Source: an uncultured Gammaproteobacteria bacterium
GTDB lineage: Bacteria > Patescibacteriota > Microgenomatia > Levybacterales > UBA12049
Direction of reading: 5' to 3'
Assembly: GCA_964533055.1 (NCBI GenBank)
Contig: CAZHKZ010000001.1
Coordinates: 48,417 to 108,669, forward strand
DNA: 60,253 nucleotides
Shown here: in pieces, positions 16,622-27,100 of the stretch
Layout of the letters: each line of letters opens with the position of its first letter
Position numbering within the stretch: the stretch's first letter is position 1
Translations under genes and position numbers: made by a program
The notes under the pieces: model-generated
The model's input: only the letters and a program-made list of their open reading frames with translations
Databases searched by the model: none
What the model was told of the DNA's origin: nothing

Positions 16622-18571
16622 TTAACGTTTGAGGTAGTTTCTTAGAAGTGTGCGAACAGAACTTAGTTTGCGCTCTTGAGAGGTATCTACAGTTGTCTCG
16701 CTCGTGCCAACTCTGAAGATAAATGAGTCATTTGCATCCCAAAAGGACTTTTTTCCAGCGTCGCTACCATGAAGAGTCCAAGTTCCGTCTGCTGAATTAG
16801 CGATGTTGAAAATATCAGGAGTACGATTGGAGTCTTTTATTGGATCCATCGCTATAAAATAAGTCTCAAAAGCCAGATTCTTATTTTGAAGTCTGTACTC
16901 TGGGCCAACTTCTGGCGGACATTTATCCAGCCCTAGCTCCTGTGCTTTTTTAAGGATATCACTTAATCTTGATTTCTCTGAAAGTCCTAAGCCTTTCAAT
17001 TTAATACTTACAAGATCTAAAACTTGATGTTCAGGAGACTGTGAATCGTTGAGTCTCTCAATCAAGTCTTGAGCATGAGGCGCGATATATCCTCTGGCTG
17101 CAATGATTTCTTGCTCTAATTGCTCTTTCGGTTTTCTATGTATCTCAATCTTCTGAAGATCTACTCGCCCTTCAGGAAAAGCGACGAATACATGTTCTAT
17201 ATTATTATCCCGCAGTAATTCGATGATTCCGGGCAAAAGCGGACCAACGTATGCTTTCGTATCTTCATTTATCTCATCATGGCTGCGTGCAATTTGAGAT
17301 GGTTCACAGCCAAAAGCGATCGGCATATCTTCCTCAACATCTCTCTGTTTCTGTATCTCGGTGATTCGTGGGTCTTTTTCGTAGCCAAAACCCTGGATGG
17401 GGCCGTCAATTTCATATAGGAATGCGATGTCTGCTGGGTCAAGTGGAGCGCCATTTTGAATTTTATTGTCAATGTCAGTGAGACGTTTCATGTCAGCGAC
17501 CTTCTTTTGATAGGCATCTCCATCTGGGAACTCTTTAAGTTTTTGTTCGACTACTGGAGCAATAAATTGATCGAGGTTTTGATCTGGGGCAACGCCACGA
17601 ACTTCAGCAATGTTGTCTCCTTCCATTCTAATAGCAACGCGAGGGATTGTCGGCATACCTTCATCATTATTGGAATAATAAACATAAAAATCACCACCCT
17701 CAAGTTGTGTCTTGGCGGTGGACTCTCCTGCTGTGCACCATCCCGTGCCATGACCCTCCAGCGATGATACAAGAGGCATATGATCAGATCCTTGGTCATA
17801 CTTGATCCACCCCCCCTGAGTGCTAACAAGCTCTTCTGAGTCTGTTGGCCTAATTTTTTCAATTGCCCACGAGTAAAGATATGAAAAATCTGCGGTTTGT
17901 ACTGCATTGTTAAATCTTTCTAACTTATCGGGATCTATCCCAGACACATCTATTGGTTGACCTGATGTTTTTTTGTCAATTAAATCCAATGAGTATGCTA
18001 ACGCTTCACGATTTAGGTCAGGAAATGGTTTGGTAGTTCCCTTACTTCGTTTTGTGAAAGTCTTATTTGCCTTATCGTACTCCCCCATTGAGAGAACACT
18101 TCGAAGTGTGAGGTATTTTAGCTCATCTGAATACGGAGCATCTTTTGAAGATAGATAGCTGATCCACTTATCCAGGCTAGATTTCTGGTCAGCGATGATG
18201 GATTCAGTGCTTTGCCTTTTTTGTTCTTCCCAATCTATATTATCTACTCCTTGTCCTCGTTCTCGAACAATACGCTTCTGAGTTTCCCAGTAGCTCTCAG
18301 GAATCTGATCAGGCTTAATGACATTTTTTTCATGCAAAATGTGTTTTATTGCATTTATGCCAATCTCTCTATTTTCTGGATCCTGCTCATCTCTGTCAAT
18401 TATCTCGCGAAAACGATTTAGATAATTTTGAATACGGTCATGAGGTGCACGAGGAACTCCTTCGCCAGTCCGGGCCTCGGTTCGATCTGCAGCTGCAGTA
18501 ACTTCTGGTGCATTGTTGAGGTTATATTTTTTCTTGAGTAACTGTGTTGATGCTTCTTGACTTGCTTCCAT
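16622..18571 (-). CDS. large hypothetical protein (649 aa) with a possible PcfJ-like core
   Basis: GHGTGWCTAGEST...FYVYYS...PRVAIRMEGDNIAEVRGVAPDQN resembles, from memory, the PcfJ-like HCVG...hhhR...VT-E...I-Q-G..N pattern. Confidence 0.7.
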   Translation of the reverse strand: MEASQEASTQLLKKKYNLNNAPEVTAAADRTEARTGEGVPRAPHDRIQNYLNRFREIIDRDEQDPENREIGINAIKHILHEKNVIKPDQIPESYWETQKRIVRERGQGVDNIDWEEQKRQSTESIIADQKSSLDKWISYLSSKDAPYSDELKYLTLRSVLSMGEYDKANKTFTKRSKGTTKPFPDLNREALAYSLDLIDKKTSGQPIDVSGIDPDKLERFNNAVQTADFSYLYSWAIEKIRPTDSEELVSTQGGWIKYDQGSDHMPLVSSLEGHGTGWCTAGESTAKTQLEGGDFYVYYSNNDEGMPTIPRVAIRMEGDNIAEVRGVAPDQNLDQFIAPVVEQKLKEFPDGDAYQKKVADMKRLTDIDNKIQNGAPLDPADIAFLYEIDGPIQGFGYEKDPRITEIQKQRDVEEDMPIAFGCEPSQIARSHDEINEDTKAYVGPLLPGIIELLRDNNIEHVFVAFPEGRVDLQKIEIHRKPKEQLEQEIIAARGYIAPHAQDLIERLNDSQSPEHQVLDLVSIKLKGLGLSEKSRLSDILKKAQELGLDKCPPEVGPEYRLQNKNLAFETYFIAMDPIKDSNRTPDIFNIANSADGTWTLHGSDAGKKSFWDANDSFIFRVGTSETTVDTSQERKLSSVRTLLRNYLKR

Positions 18572-18665
18572 ATTGTTTACAACTATAAAAAAAGTATACC
18601 ATCATCACGTTATGTTAAAAGTAGTTAATGGTGATTGTTGGAGTTTTTGATATAACTTGCTGAAT

Positions 18666-19292
18666 TTAAATAGTAATCGTCTCTCCCGTTTTTAGAGGTA
18701 TGAAAGTAATGCCTTTGCTTTCGAAGTATCCTTGTAGCCTTTTATAAAAACTCTCTCTGGCTTGATCGTTCCAGTGCCAGTCATGAATAGGCAAAATTAC
18801 CTCTGGTTTTAGTGATTCAGCCAGCTCCACTGCTTCAGTGAGAGTTCCCCATGGTGCTTGAAGGGGCAGTGCGAGAATGCGCGTGCTTGAAGAAAAATGA
18901 AAGGAATCTCCTGGGTGCGTTAGTTCATTGCCAATTCTGAACTTAACATTTTTAGGTACTTCAATTCCAAAAACTTTCTCGTGAGGAACTGTCTCTATGT
19001 TAATGAATTCTGTGGATTCTATCTCAGAATTGATCCCTTCTTTTGCAAGCAAGTTCTTCACAGAACTATTTGTTAGTATTTTTACATTTGGAAATCTTTC
19101 TAGAATTTCCTCGATAAAAGGGAGATGCATATGGTCAGCGTGCTCGTGGGTGATTAATAAAGAATCAAGTGTATCGATAGTATTAATATTTAGAGTTTTC
19201 GAGCTGTAGGTAAATTCACCTGGATCAATAAGAATAGTTTTGCCATCTGTCTTTACTAAAAGACACGAGTGAATATATTTTGTTACTTCCAT
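18666..19292 (-). CDS. MBL-fold metallo-hydrolase
   Basis: HEHADH (HxHxDH) motif. Start set to the ATG at 19292, 6 nt after TGGTATAAA. Confidence 0.85.
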   Translation of the reverse strand: MEVTKYIHSCLLVKTDGKTILIDPGEFTYSSKTLNINTIDTLDSLLITHEHADHMHLPFIEEILERFPNVKILTNSSVKNLLAKEGINSEIESTEFINIETVPHEKVFGIEVPKNVKFRIGNELTHPGDSFHFSSSTRILALPLQAPWGTLTEAVELAESLKPEVILPIHDWHWNDQARESFYKRLQGYFESKGITFIPLKTGETITI

Positions 19293-19381
19293 GCGATATT
19301 TATACCACAAACTCTGAATCTGCTCTATAGCTCAAATGGAACTGGAAAGGACTAATGTTTGTAGATTTTTACATTAAAATC

Positions 19382-19927
19382 TCATCTTTGCATATAGTCA
19401 TTGAGTTTGGTAATTGCCTTCTCTCTCAATGAAGTGTTGTCTCGTTCTTCTTGATTCATTTCTCCCCATGTTTTCTCCGATCCTTGTGGAATAAAAGCAT
19501 TGTCCCAGCCAAAACCATTAGTTCCTCTTGGGCTATTAGCAATTGCACCCTGTATAGTTGCTCCAAATAATACAACTTCCTTGCCTGTGTGTAGGCCATA
19601 CATCACTTCAGCTATCGCAGTTCTATCGTCATATGAATCTAGTAACTTACACAGGCCTTCTGTTCCCAACTCTTCCAAGAACCACTTTATAAGTGGTCCG
19701 GGAAGTCTTCCTAGAGCATTAAAACGAAGAGAGGTATCCTCAACGAGGAGTGGCATTTGTAAAAGTCTAAATGCTTCTTCAGCCTTGTGCCTTACAACCT
19801 CTTCAAGATCTAACGATTGTATTTCAGGTACATCAAGCTTTTGATGATCAACTGGAGTGGTTATATGTCGTCGCAGCCATTCTACCTTTGCATGATTTCC
19901 AGTAATAAAAGTGATTGATCCAACCAT
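19382..19927 (-). CDS. non-canonical purine NTP pyrophosphatase (Ham1/RdgB family)
   Basis: ITFITGNHAKVEW N-terminus and FGWDNAFIP C-terminal motif. TGCTATACT lies 6 nt before the ATG. Confidence 0.85.
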   Translation of the reverse strand: MVGSITFITGNHAKVEWLRRHITTPVDHQKLDVPEIQSLDLEEVVRHKAEEAFRLLQMPLLVEDTSLRFNALGRLPGPLIKWFLEELGTEGLCKLLDSYDDRTAIAEVMYGLHTGKEVVLFGATIQGAIANSPRGTNGFGWDNAFIPQGSEKTWGEMNQEERDNTSLREKAITKLNDYMQR

Positions 19928-20006
19928 ATGAGGAGTATAGCAAAAGCATAGAAAAGCGTGAATTAGATTCGTGCGTATGATAAAATGAACTCCATCTCAA
20001 TAATAC

Positions 20007-20077
20007 TGCGGGATCGTCTAATGGTAGGACAACGGACTTTGGATCCGTTTACCATGGTTCGAGTCCATGTCCCGCAG
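20007..20077 (+). tRNA. tRNA-Gln (anticodon UUG)
   Basis: TGCGGGA acceptor (U1-A72), ACGGA-CTTTGGA-TCCGT anticodon arm, GGTTCGAGTCC T-arm, discriminator G. Confidence 0.88.
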
Positions 20078-20087
20078 CTGATAAAAA

Positions 20088-20112
20088 AGTCCCGCTCGTG
20101 CGGGACTTTTTT
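20088..20112 (+). terminator. intrinsic terminator after tRNA-Gln
   Basis: AGTCCCGC-TCGT-GCGGGACT followed by TTTTT. Confidence 0.85.
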
Positions 20113-20224
20113 ATGAGTATGTGAGGGATATTGACTCGCTCGTTGTCCGCCATCACAATACATGTAATTCCTATGAGTGCATGTTACAAGGATAAGGATC
20201 TGTAAATATTTTGTGTTAAATAAA

Positions 20225-20992
20225 TTAAGGCTTGGAGTTTTTGGCTGATTCCCAGATCATTGTGAACATAGATCTGAAAGCATGTGCAATAGCGGTATGT
20301 TCGATGACAATCCCCACCCCAACTATCTCTGACACCTCAGGTCTATTTACGATCATCACTTTATTCTTGAAAACTGCAAAGTATGTTCCGAGGGGAAAAT
20401 CAAGGCTTGGCATAATTCTCGTTTCACGTAATTCTTTAGGACTTGTTGTTCTAAATTTCATAGCTCGTTCCCCGCGTACTATAAGGAGTTGAAGTTTAAT
20501 CCTTGTTTTGAGACGTTCATTCACGAAGAATTCATCAAGTTCCTTTGGCCACTTGGAATTTGTTAGTCCGAATATCTCTCCTTTTTTCTCTCCACCTAAA
20601 AAATCGTAGTATGCCTGTTTAACTCCTGAAATATCTTCGTAGTAGCGAACAGCAGGAGCATGGGTGTTTGCTGAAAGAGTGCTATTAACTAAATTGACCG
20701 CCTCAGATAGTAGTGCTCGTGAGGCCGATAGTTTTCTTTCTTTCTCATCAAATAATCGTTGGAGATTTTCACTGCTCGCAACTTGAAAAGTAAGAGTTTT
20801 GGCTCCAGGAATTTGCGTTACAAGACCAAGCTCTACAAGCTTTTTAAGAATGTAGTAGGTATTTTCTCGAGAGACCTTGCTAGCTTTGGCTATGAGCGAT
20901 GGAGTGCCCACTCCCACCTGTAAAAGGTGATCATAGACCCGCGCATCAATCTCGTTTAAACCTATCTGTTCAAATATCTGTTCAAATATCAT
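20225..20992 (-). CDS. TrmB-family transcriptional regulator
   Basis: N-terminal wHTH LNEIDARVYDHLLQVGVGTPSLIAKASKVSRENTYYILKKLVELGLV. Divergent from the RHS toxin gene. Confidence 0.8.
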   Translation of the reverse strand: MIFEQIFEQIGLNEIDARVYDHLLQVGVGTPSLIAKASKVSRENTYYILKKLVELGLVTQIPGAKTLTFQVASSENLQRLFDEKERKLSASRALLSEAVNLVNSTLSANTHAPAVRYYEDISGVKQAYYDFLGGEKKGEIFGLTNSKWPKELDEFFVNERLKTRIKLQLLIVRGERAMKFRTTSPKELRETRIMPSLDFPLGTYFAVFKNKVMIVNRPEVSEIVGVGIVIEHTAIAHAFRSMFTMIWESAKNSKP

Positions 20993-21077
20993 AAATTATG
21001 ATTTACAATCTCGTATAATATACAACTGTTTGACTCTAATAACAAGTCTCTAAATATATCCTATATGTAAATACCCA

Positions 21078-21106
21078 TTGACATCAATGTAAGTAACTCG
21101 TAATAT
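21078..21106 (+). promoter_or_regulatory. sigma70-type promoter upstream of the RHS toxin gene
   Basis: TTGACA-17 nt-TAATAT. Confidence 0.6.
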
Positions 21107-21140
21107 TCTATTAACATTATTGTAAATTCTAACTTACAAA

Positions 21141-24100
21141 ATGAAAATAAAAAATCTTATTACGCCTGCTTTCTATGTAGAAAAGTATAAAAGCTTTTTT
21201 ACTAAATTACGGCGACAAGACATTCAATCAAGGAGAGTGTCCACAAAGTCTCCATTAAAGAAATCCCTCCTTCTCGCCCTGTGCCTCTTACTTATTATTG
21301 AGTCTTCCCCATTTCTTTTCTTGCCTCGCGTATATGCTGCCGACAGCTTGACTGTCACTAATCCCTCTACGAGTAATACAGCAGTAAATGCCACATACAA
21401 TTTTACTTACTCAGGATCCCCGACTTTTTGGCGAATCTATATAGATGCTGATCTTAATGCTGGGACTGGGTTTGCAGCGCAAGCGGGTGTGGGTGCCGAT
21501 TATTTAGTTGAGAATGGAACGGTATATAGGCATGCAGGGGGCGATTGGAGCTGGACAGAGATTGGAAGCGCTACATTTAGCACTTCCAATCCTGTCGTAG
21601 GATGGACTATTGCGCGAACTCTTATTGCAGAAACGCAAGCATGCGGCGAAAAATCAACTCTCTTATTCCAGGTTGAAGATGCGACCGGCAATATGGGTAC
21701 TAGTTCGATATATAATCAGGTTTTTACAGATTCGTGTAACACATCTCCAACTCCATCTGGATCTGTAACGCCGACTCCAACAAAAGTGCCTACTGTTACT
21801 CCATCTCCCACAATTGGCGTAACACCTTCACCACTTTTGCCTAATATTGCACCAAAGATCACGCTAACTAATCCACCAAGCGCAGGAGCATCGACTGGAA
21901 ATAATTATACTTTGACATGGAGCGATAGTGATCCAGATGATAACGCTCTTATTTCACTTTACCTTGATAAAGATAATTCTGGAGCTGACGGGATGTTGAT
22001 TGCCAACAATCTCAAAGAAGATGAAAACGGTGGATCTGGTCAATATGCATTTGATGTATCGGCTGTTACGTCAGGGAGTTATTACATCTACGCGGTTGTT
22101 GAGGATAAAAGCAATACCCCTGTAATTAGTTATAGTCCAGGCAAATTAACAGTCAACGGAAATACTCCAACAGGAGGTCTAGCTGGGGCAACGCAAGGTA
22201 ATTTCGATGTTAATTCGCTGGGAGCTGCTACATACTCAGTACCAATTAGTGTTTCACCCGGAACTGGTGGAATACAGCCAAAACTCTCATTAAGCTATAG
22301 CTCGCAGGCTGGAAATGGCATAGTCGGAATGGGTTTTGCAATTACAGGCCTATCTTCCATATCTAGATGTGCTGCGACATTCGCGAGCGATGGGTATTCG
22401 GGAGATGTTACATTTGGAACTGGAGACAAGTTTTGTCTAGATGGTGAACGATTGATCGTCGTTAGTGGAAGTTATGGAGGCAATGGCGCGCAGTATCGAA
22501 CGGAGCACGAGCAATTCAGCGACATTGTTTCAAGTGGAACGAGGGGTGTGGGACCTGATGCTTTTACTGTTCGAACTAAGGCTGGATTGAATATGCACTA
22601 CAGCAGTATGGTTGCCAATGGAAGGAGCGAAGCTCTTTACTGGGCGCTGGATAAAGTTACCGATACTACAGGTAATTACATGACTATTAGCTACACGCAA
22701 GATATTGCTAATGGAGAGTACTACCCAACTCAAATTAACTATACTGGCAATACTGGCCTTACTCCTTATGCTTCAGTTAAATTTGTCTACGAAGCAAGAA
22801 CGGATACTTCTCTTTCTTATGTAGCAGGCAGTAAAGCCTCATCTACAAAACGGCTTAAAAACATTACTAGTTATTATGGAACATCGATAGTAAGAGATTA
22901 TCGGCTCGGATATGCTCAGGGAACAATTACAAATAGGTCTCACCTATCTTCACTGACTGAGTGTGGCTCAGATGGAAAGTGTCTTGCGCCAACTCGATTT
23001 AATTGGGATGGACTAAATTCTGGACTAGGTCAACTTTTATCAGCAAGAGACACATTTATGGCTCCAGGTTCTGGAATATGGAATGCTCATGAGGCCTCGA
23101 ATTATTTTCATGGAGATTTTGATGGAGATCAGCGTGAGGATCTTCTTGCCTCAGCAGAGAGTGTAGATGCTACAACTGGGAATGGACTTTGGAGAGTAGT
23201 TACGAGTACTGGCGGTGTGACAGATAGCTCATTTGTTTCAAACCTAGGCAAAACTGGTAATGGAATCTGGTATGGAGGAAAAGTCAGCAGTAATACAGTT
23301 GTCGGGGATTTTGATGGCGATGGTGTGGATGATCTCGCTGGATTAGTCTCAGGCAATACTTGGAGGGTCAGCCTGTCTTCCAAAACTGACTTTAACAAAT
23401 CTGGAAGTGGTGACTGGATAAATGGACTATCTCTGGTCAGCGGTGTGCCGCTAGGTCAGATAAGAACTGGAGATTTTAATGGGGATAAGAGGGATGATCT
23501 TATCAAGTATGCTGATCCAACTAATCCTGCTGGAAATTGGAGAATTTCGTTCTCACAAGGAGCAACCAGTAAAGCATTCGGCAATCCAGCTCTATGGATG
23601 GCTACCGGTTCAAACGGTTTTGGAACTGTGCTTATTGGAAACTTCAATGGGGACCAATATGACGACTTAATAATGGATTCAGGGGGTGGAAACTGGAGAG
23701 TCTATTTATCAAATGGTGCGGGATTTAATGCGCCTGTAGCCTGGGCAGGTCCAAAATATACTATAGGAAAAACAATAACAGGAGACTTTAACGGAGATAA
23801 AGTAACAGATTTGGCAGGATATTCAGGAGACGCTCTGAATAATTGGCAGATATGCATCTCTAGTAAATCTGGATTTAATTGTCTTGATAAACAAAGTAGT
23901 ATTTCTATGACGCCTTCAACAATTGCTGGAGATTTTAATGGGGATAAGAAGGCAGATCTTACATTTCAAAGTAACAAGGCAGGAGCTAAGTGGACAGTTG
24001 GGATATCCGGAAATATTAATATAGGAAGTTTTACTAGTAACAGCACCGGTATGTGGACTGGACATTATGGCGGAATTAAGCAGAACATCACTGGAGACTT

Positions 24101-27100
24101 TAATGGAGATGGAAAAATGGATATTGCTGGATTTAGCGGAACTGGCGGACAATTTGATGTTGAGTTATCCACAGGGAGTAACTATGGCGCTCCAGGAAGT
24201 GGAATTTGGAATGTAGAAAATGTCTTACCGGTTACAAATTTGACGAATGTGAGGGCTGGTGATTTTAATGCAGATGGTAAAACAGATCTTGTTACCGCAA
24301 ATGGTAACAACTGGAACTTAGCTATCTCAACTGGTACAAGTTTTAAGAATTATCCAGTTGTCGGGCCACTTACCGCCCCAGCCAACAACATGAAAGATGT
24401 CCTTCTTGGGGATTTTGATGGCGATGGTCGAACAGACGTCGTCGTCAATACTGGTAAGGGTACGACATGGGCAGTGATGCTCTCCACTGGAACAGGTTTG
24501 GGAACTCAGCTTGCTTGGGATGGCGGCGTGTCTGCATCTACGCAGGACGTTTCGCTGGGAGATTTTAATGGGGATGGTAAGACTGACATGATGACTGCAA
24601 TTGCCAACACGGGTCAATGGAGCGTGGCAATTTCAACGGGGACTAACTTTAGTACAGGATCTTACAAGTGGACCGGGCATACGGGCGGAAATGGAAATAA
24701 TTTTGTAGCTGATTTTAATGGTGATGGAAAATCTGATATAGCTGGATACTCCAAAAACGGTAAATGGGATGTCCGTCTCTCAACGGGCACTAACTTTGGT
24801 GGTATTGGATCTGGATTCTGGGTCGGACATTGGGGAGGAAATACTAATAATGTTGTCGGTGACTTTAACGGAGATGGCATGGCAGATATTGCAGGATATG
24901 GAGGGAATGGGCTCTGGGATATAGAACTCTCAACGGGCACTAACTTTGGTGGTATTGGATCTGGATTCTGGGTCGGACATAGTGGTGGTCAAAATAATAA
25001 TATCGCAGCTGACTTTAGTGGAGATGGTAAGACTGATTTGGCAGGATATACTGGGGCAAATGGTGTCTGGAATGTAGTCGTGCCAAGCGGGTCTCAGCCC
25101 GATCTTTTAAGGAGTGTCATTAATGGAAATGGACTCACAGATACAATAGTGTATGGAACTCTCAATGATCCTGCTATTCACACACAAGGTAACACTGCTA
25201 GTTATCCCCGATATGACTTTGCAGGACCATTTTATGTAGTTAAGAATTACTGGGTTAGTAACGGCTTGAGTGGAGATATCAAGGATGATGAGTATAAAAT
25301 TTCATACTCTGGTGCTCAGACACAAGTCCGTGGACGAGGGTTCAGAGGTTTTAAGCAGGTCACAATTAATGATGTTTCGCGAAATCAGAAGGTCACGACA
25401 ATTTATGATCAGGATCACTTATATAGCGGAATGGCTCTTAAGACAATCACGCAGCTTGGATCTGGAGCTCTACTAAAAGTAGTTACCAATACCTTAAATA
25501 ATAGTAGCTCTTTTAATAATAAAGTCTTTTTTTCCTATGTTGCTCAGACAAAGGAAGATGATTTTGAGGCTAATGATAACTGTACTTTAAATTCTGATGG
25601 CATAAATTATTCCTGCCAACCTGTAATAAAAACCACCACTTCTTACACGTATCTCCCTCAGGACTTGGCCTATGGGAATATTAGTAAAATTGTTATTGAC
25701 ACAAATGGATTCACGCAGACTACAACCAACACTTATAAATCAGCTGATACTGCAAAGTGGATATTGGGAAGATTGTCACAGTCAGAGGTCAAAACTTCAG
25801 CTCCAGGCACGCCTGACATAATTAGAAAATCTAACTTTGTTTATGATGATTCTACAGGATTACTAGTGAAGGAAACTTCAGATTCTGGTACGAGTGTCGA
25901 AGTAGCCAAGACATATACACGTGATGGATCTGGGAATATCATCCAAAGTGTTGTGGCTTCTCCAAATCTTACTTCAAGGACTACGAAGACAACTTTTGAC
26001 TCAAATAAGCGATTTGTCCTAACCACAGCAAATCCATTTAATCATATTAAAACACAGGTATATGATCAGTTATTAGGGAATGTGATAACAGATACATCTC
26101 CAAATGGTTTGAGTCTTAGCTATGAATATGATGGATTTGGTCGAAAAACGAGGGAGGTTCGACCAGATGGGACCATAACACAACTATTTTATCTCAACTG
26201 TTCAGGCAATTGCCCTGCTAATGCATTTTACAAAACAATTGAATTATCCACCGGTTTGGCCCCTGTGACAACTTACTTCGATATATTAGACCGAAAGTTA
26301 AGGTCTGAAGCAAAGAATTTTAATGGGCAGATGGTTTTGTCGGATAGTATTTATGATTGGCATGGGAGATTGGTCAAAAGTTCAGATCTGTATGTTGGCA
26401 GTGATACGCCCTTGTGGCACACATATCAATATGATTCTTCAGGAAGACAGATAGGTGAGGTGTTTCCAGACGGCACTACTGCATCAGTCCAATATGCAGG
26501 TCTGACTACGACACTAATCAATCAACTTGGTCAGAAGCAAGTAAAAATTACAAATCCTAAGGGTTGGTTATTGGAGAGTAAAGATAATGCAGGTGCCTCC
26601 ATGAAGTTCACCTATGATGCTGCAGGCAATACTGTGAAGATCGACGATCCATTGGGAAATGTGACCACAATGACGTATGATCTGGCAAATAGAAGAACAA
26701 AGTTAGTTGATCCGAATACAGGCACAACTACATCAAATTATAATGCATATGGAGAACTGATAAGTCAGAAAGATGCCAAAAACCAATCTTTGACCTTTAC
26801 CTATGATCAGTTAGGCAGACAACTTCAGCGGATCTCGCCCGAGGGGACTACAACGTGGACTTACGATATAGCAGCTAAGGGTATTGGGAAATTAGCTAGT
26901 GTGTCGCAGCCTTGGAGTAACTATAGTGAGGTATATGAGTATGACGAATTGGGAAGGCCAACTCGTCAAGGAAAAACAATTGATGGAACAACTTACAATA
27001 CAGTTACCTCATATGACTTTTGGGGTCATCCAAGCAAGGTTACCTATCCGTCAGGTTTATCCTCACGGAGTCAATATCATGTCCTAGGTGCATTAGCAGA

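Noticed and set aside
20965-20992. 12-nt tandem duplication at the 5' end of the TrmB regulator gene (MIFEQIFEQI), considered as a possible regulatory repeat.
   Set aside because: It is in-frame, has only two copies and lies within coding sequence. It is most simply a small duplication with no evident function.
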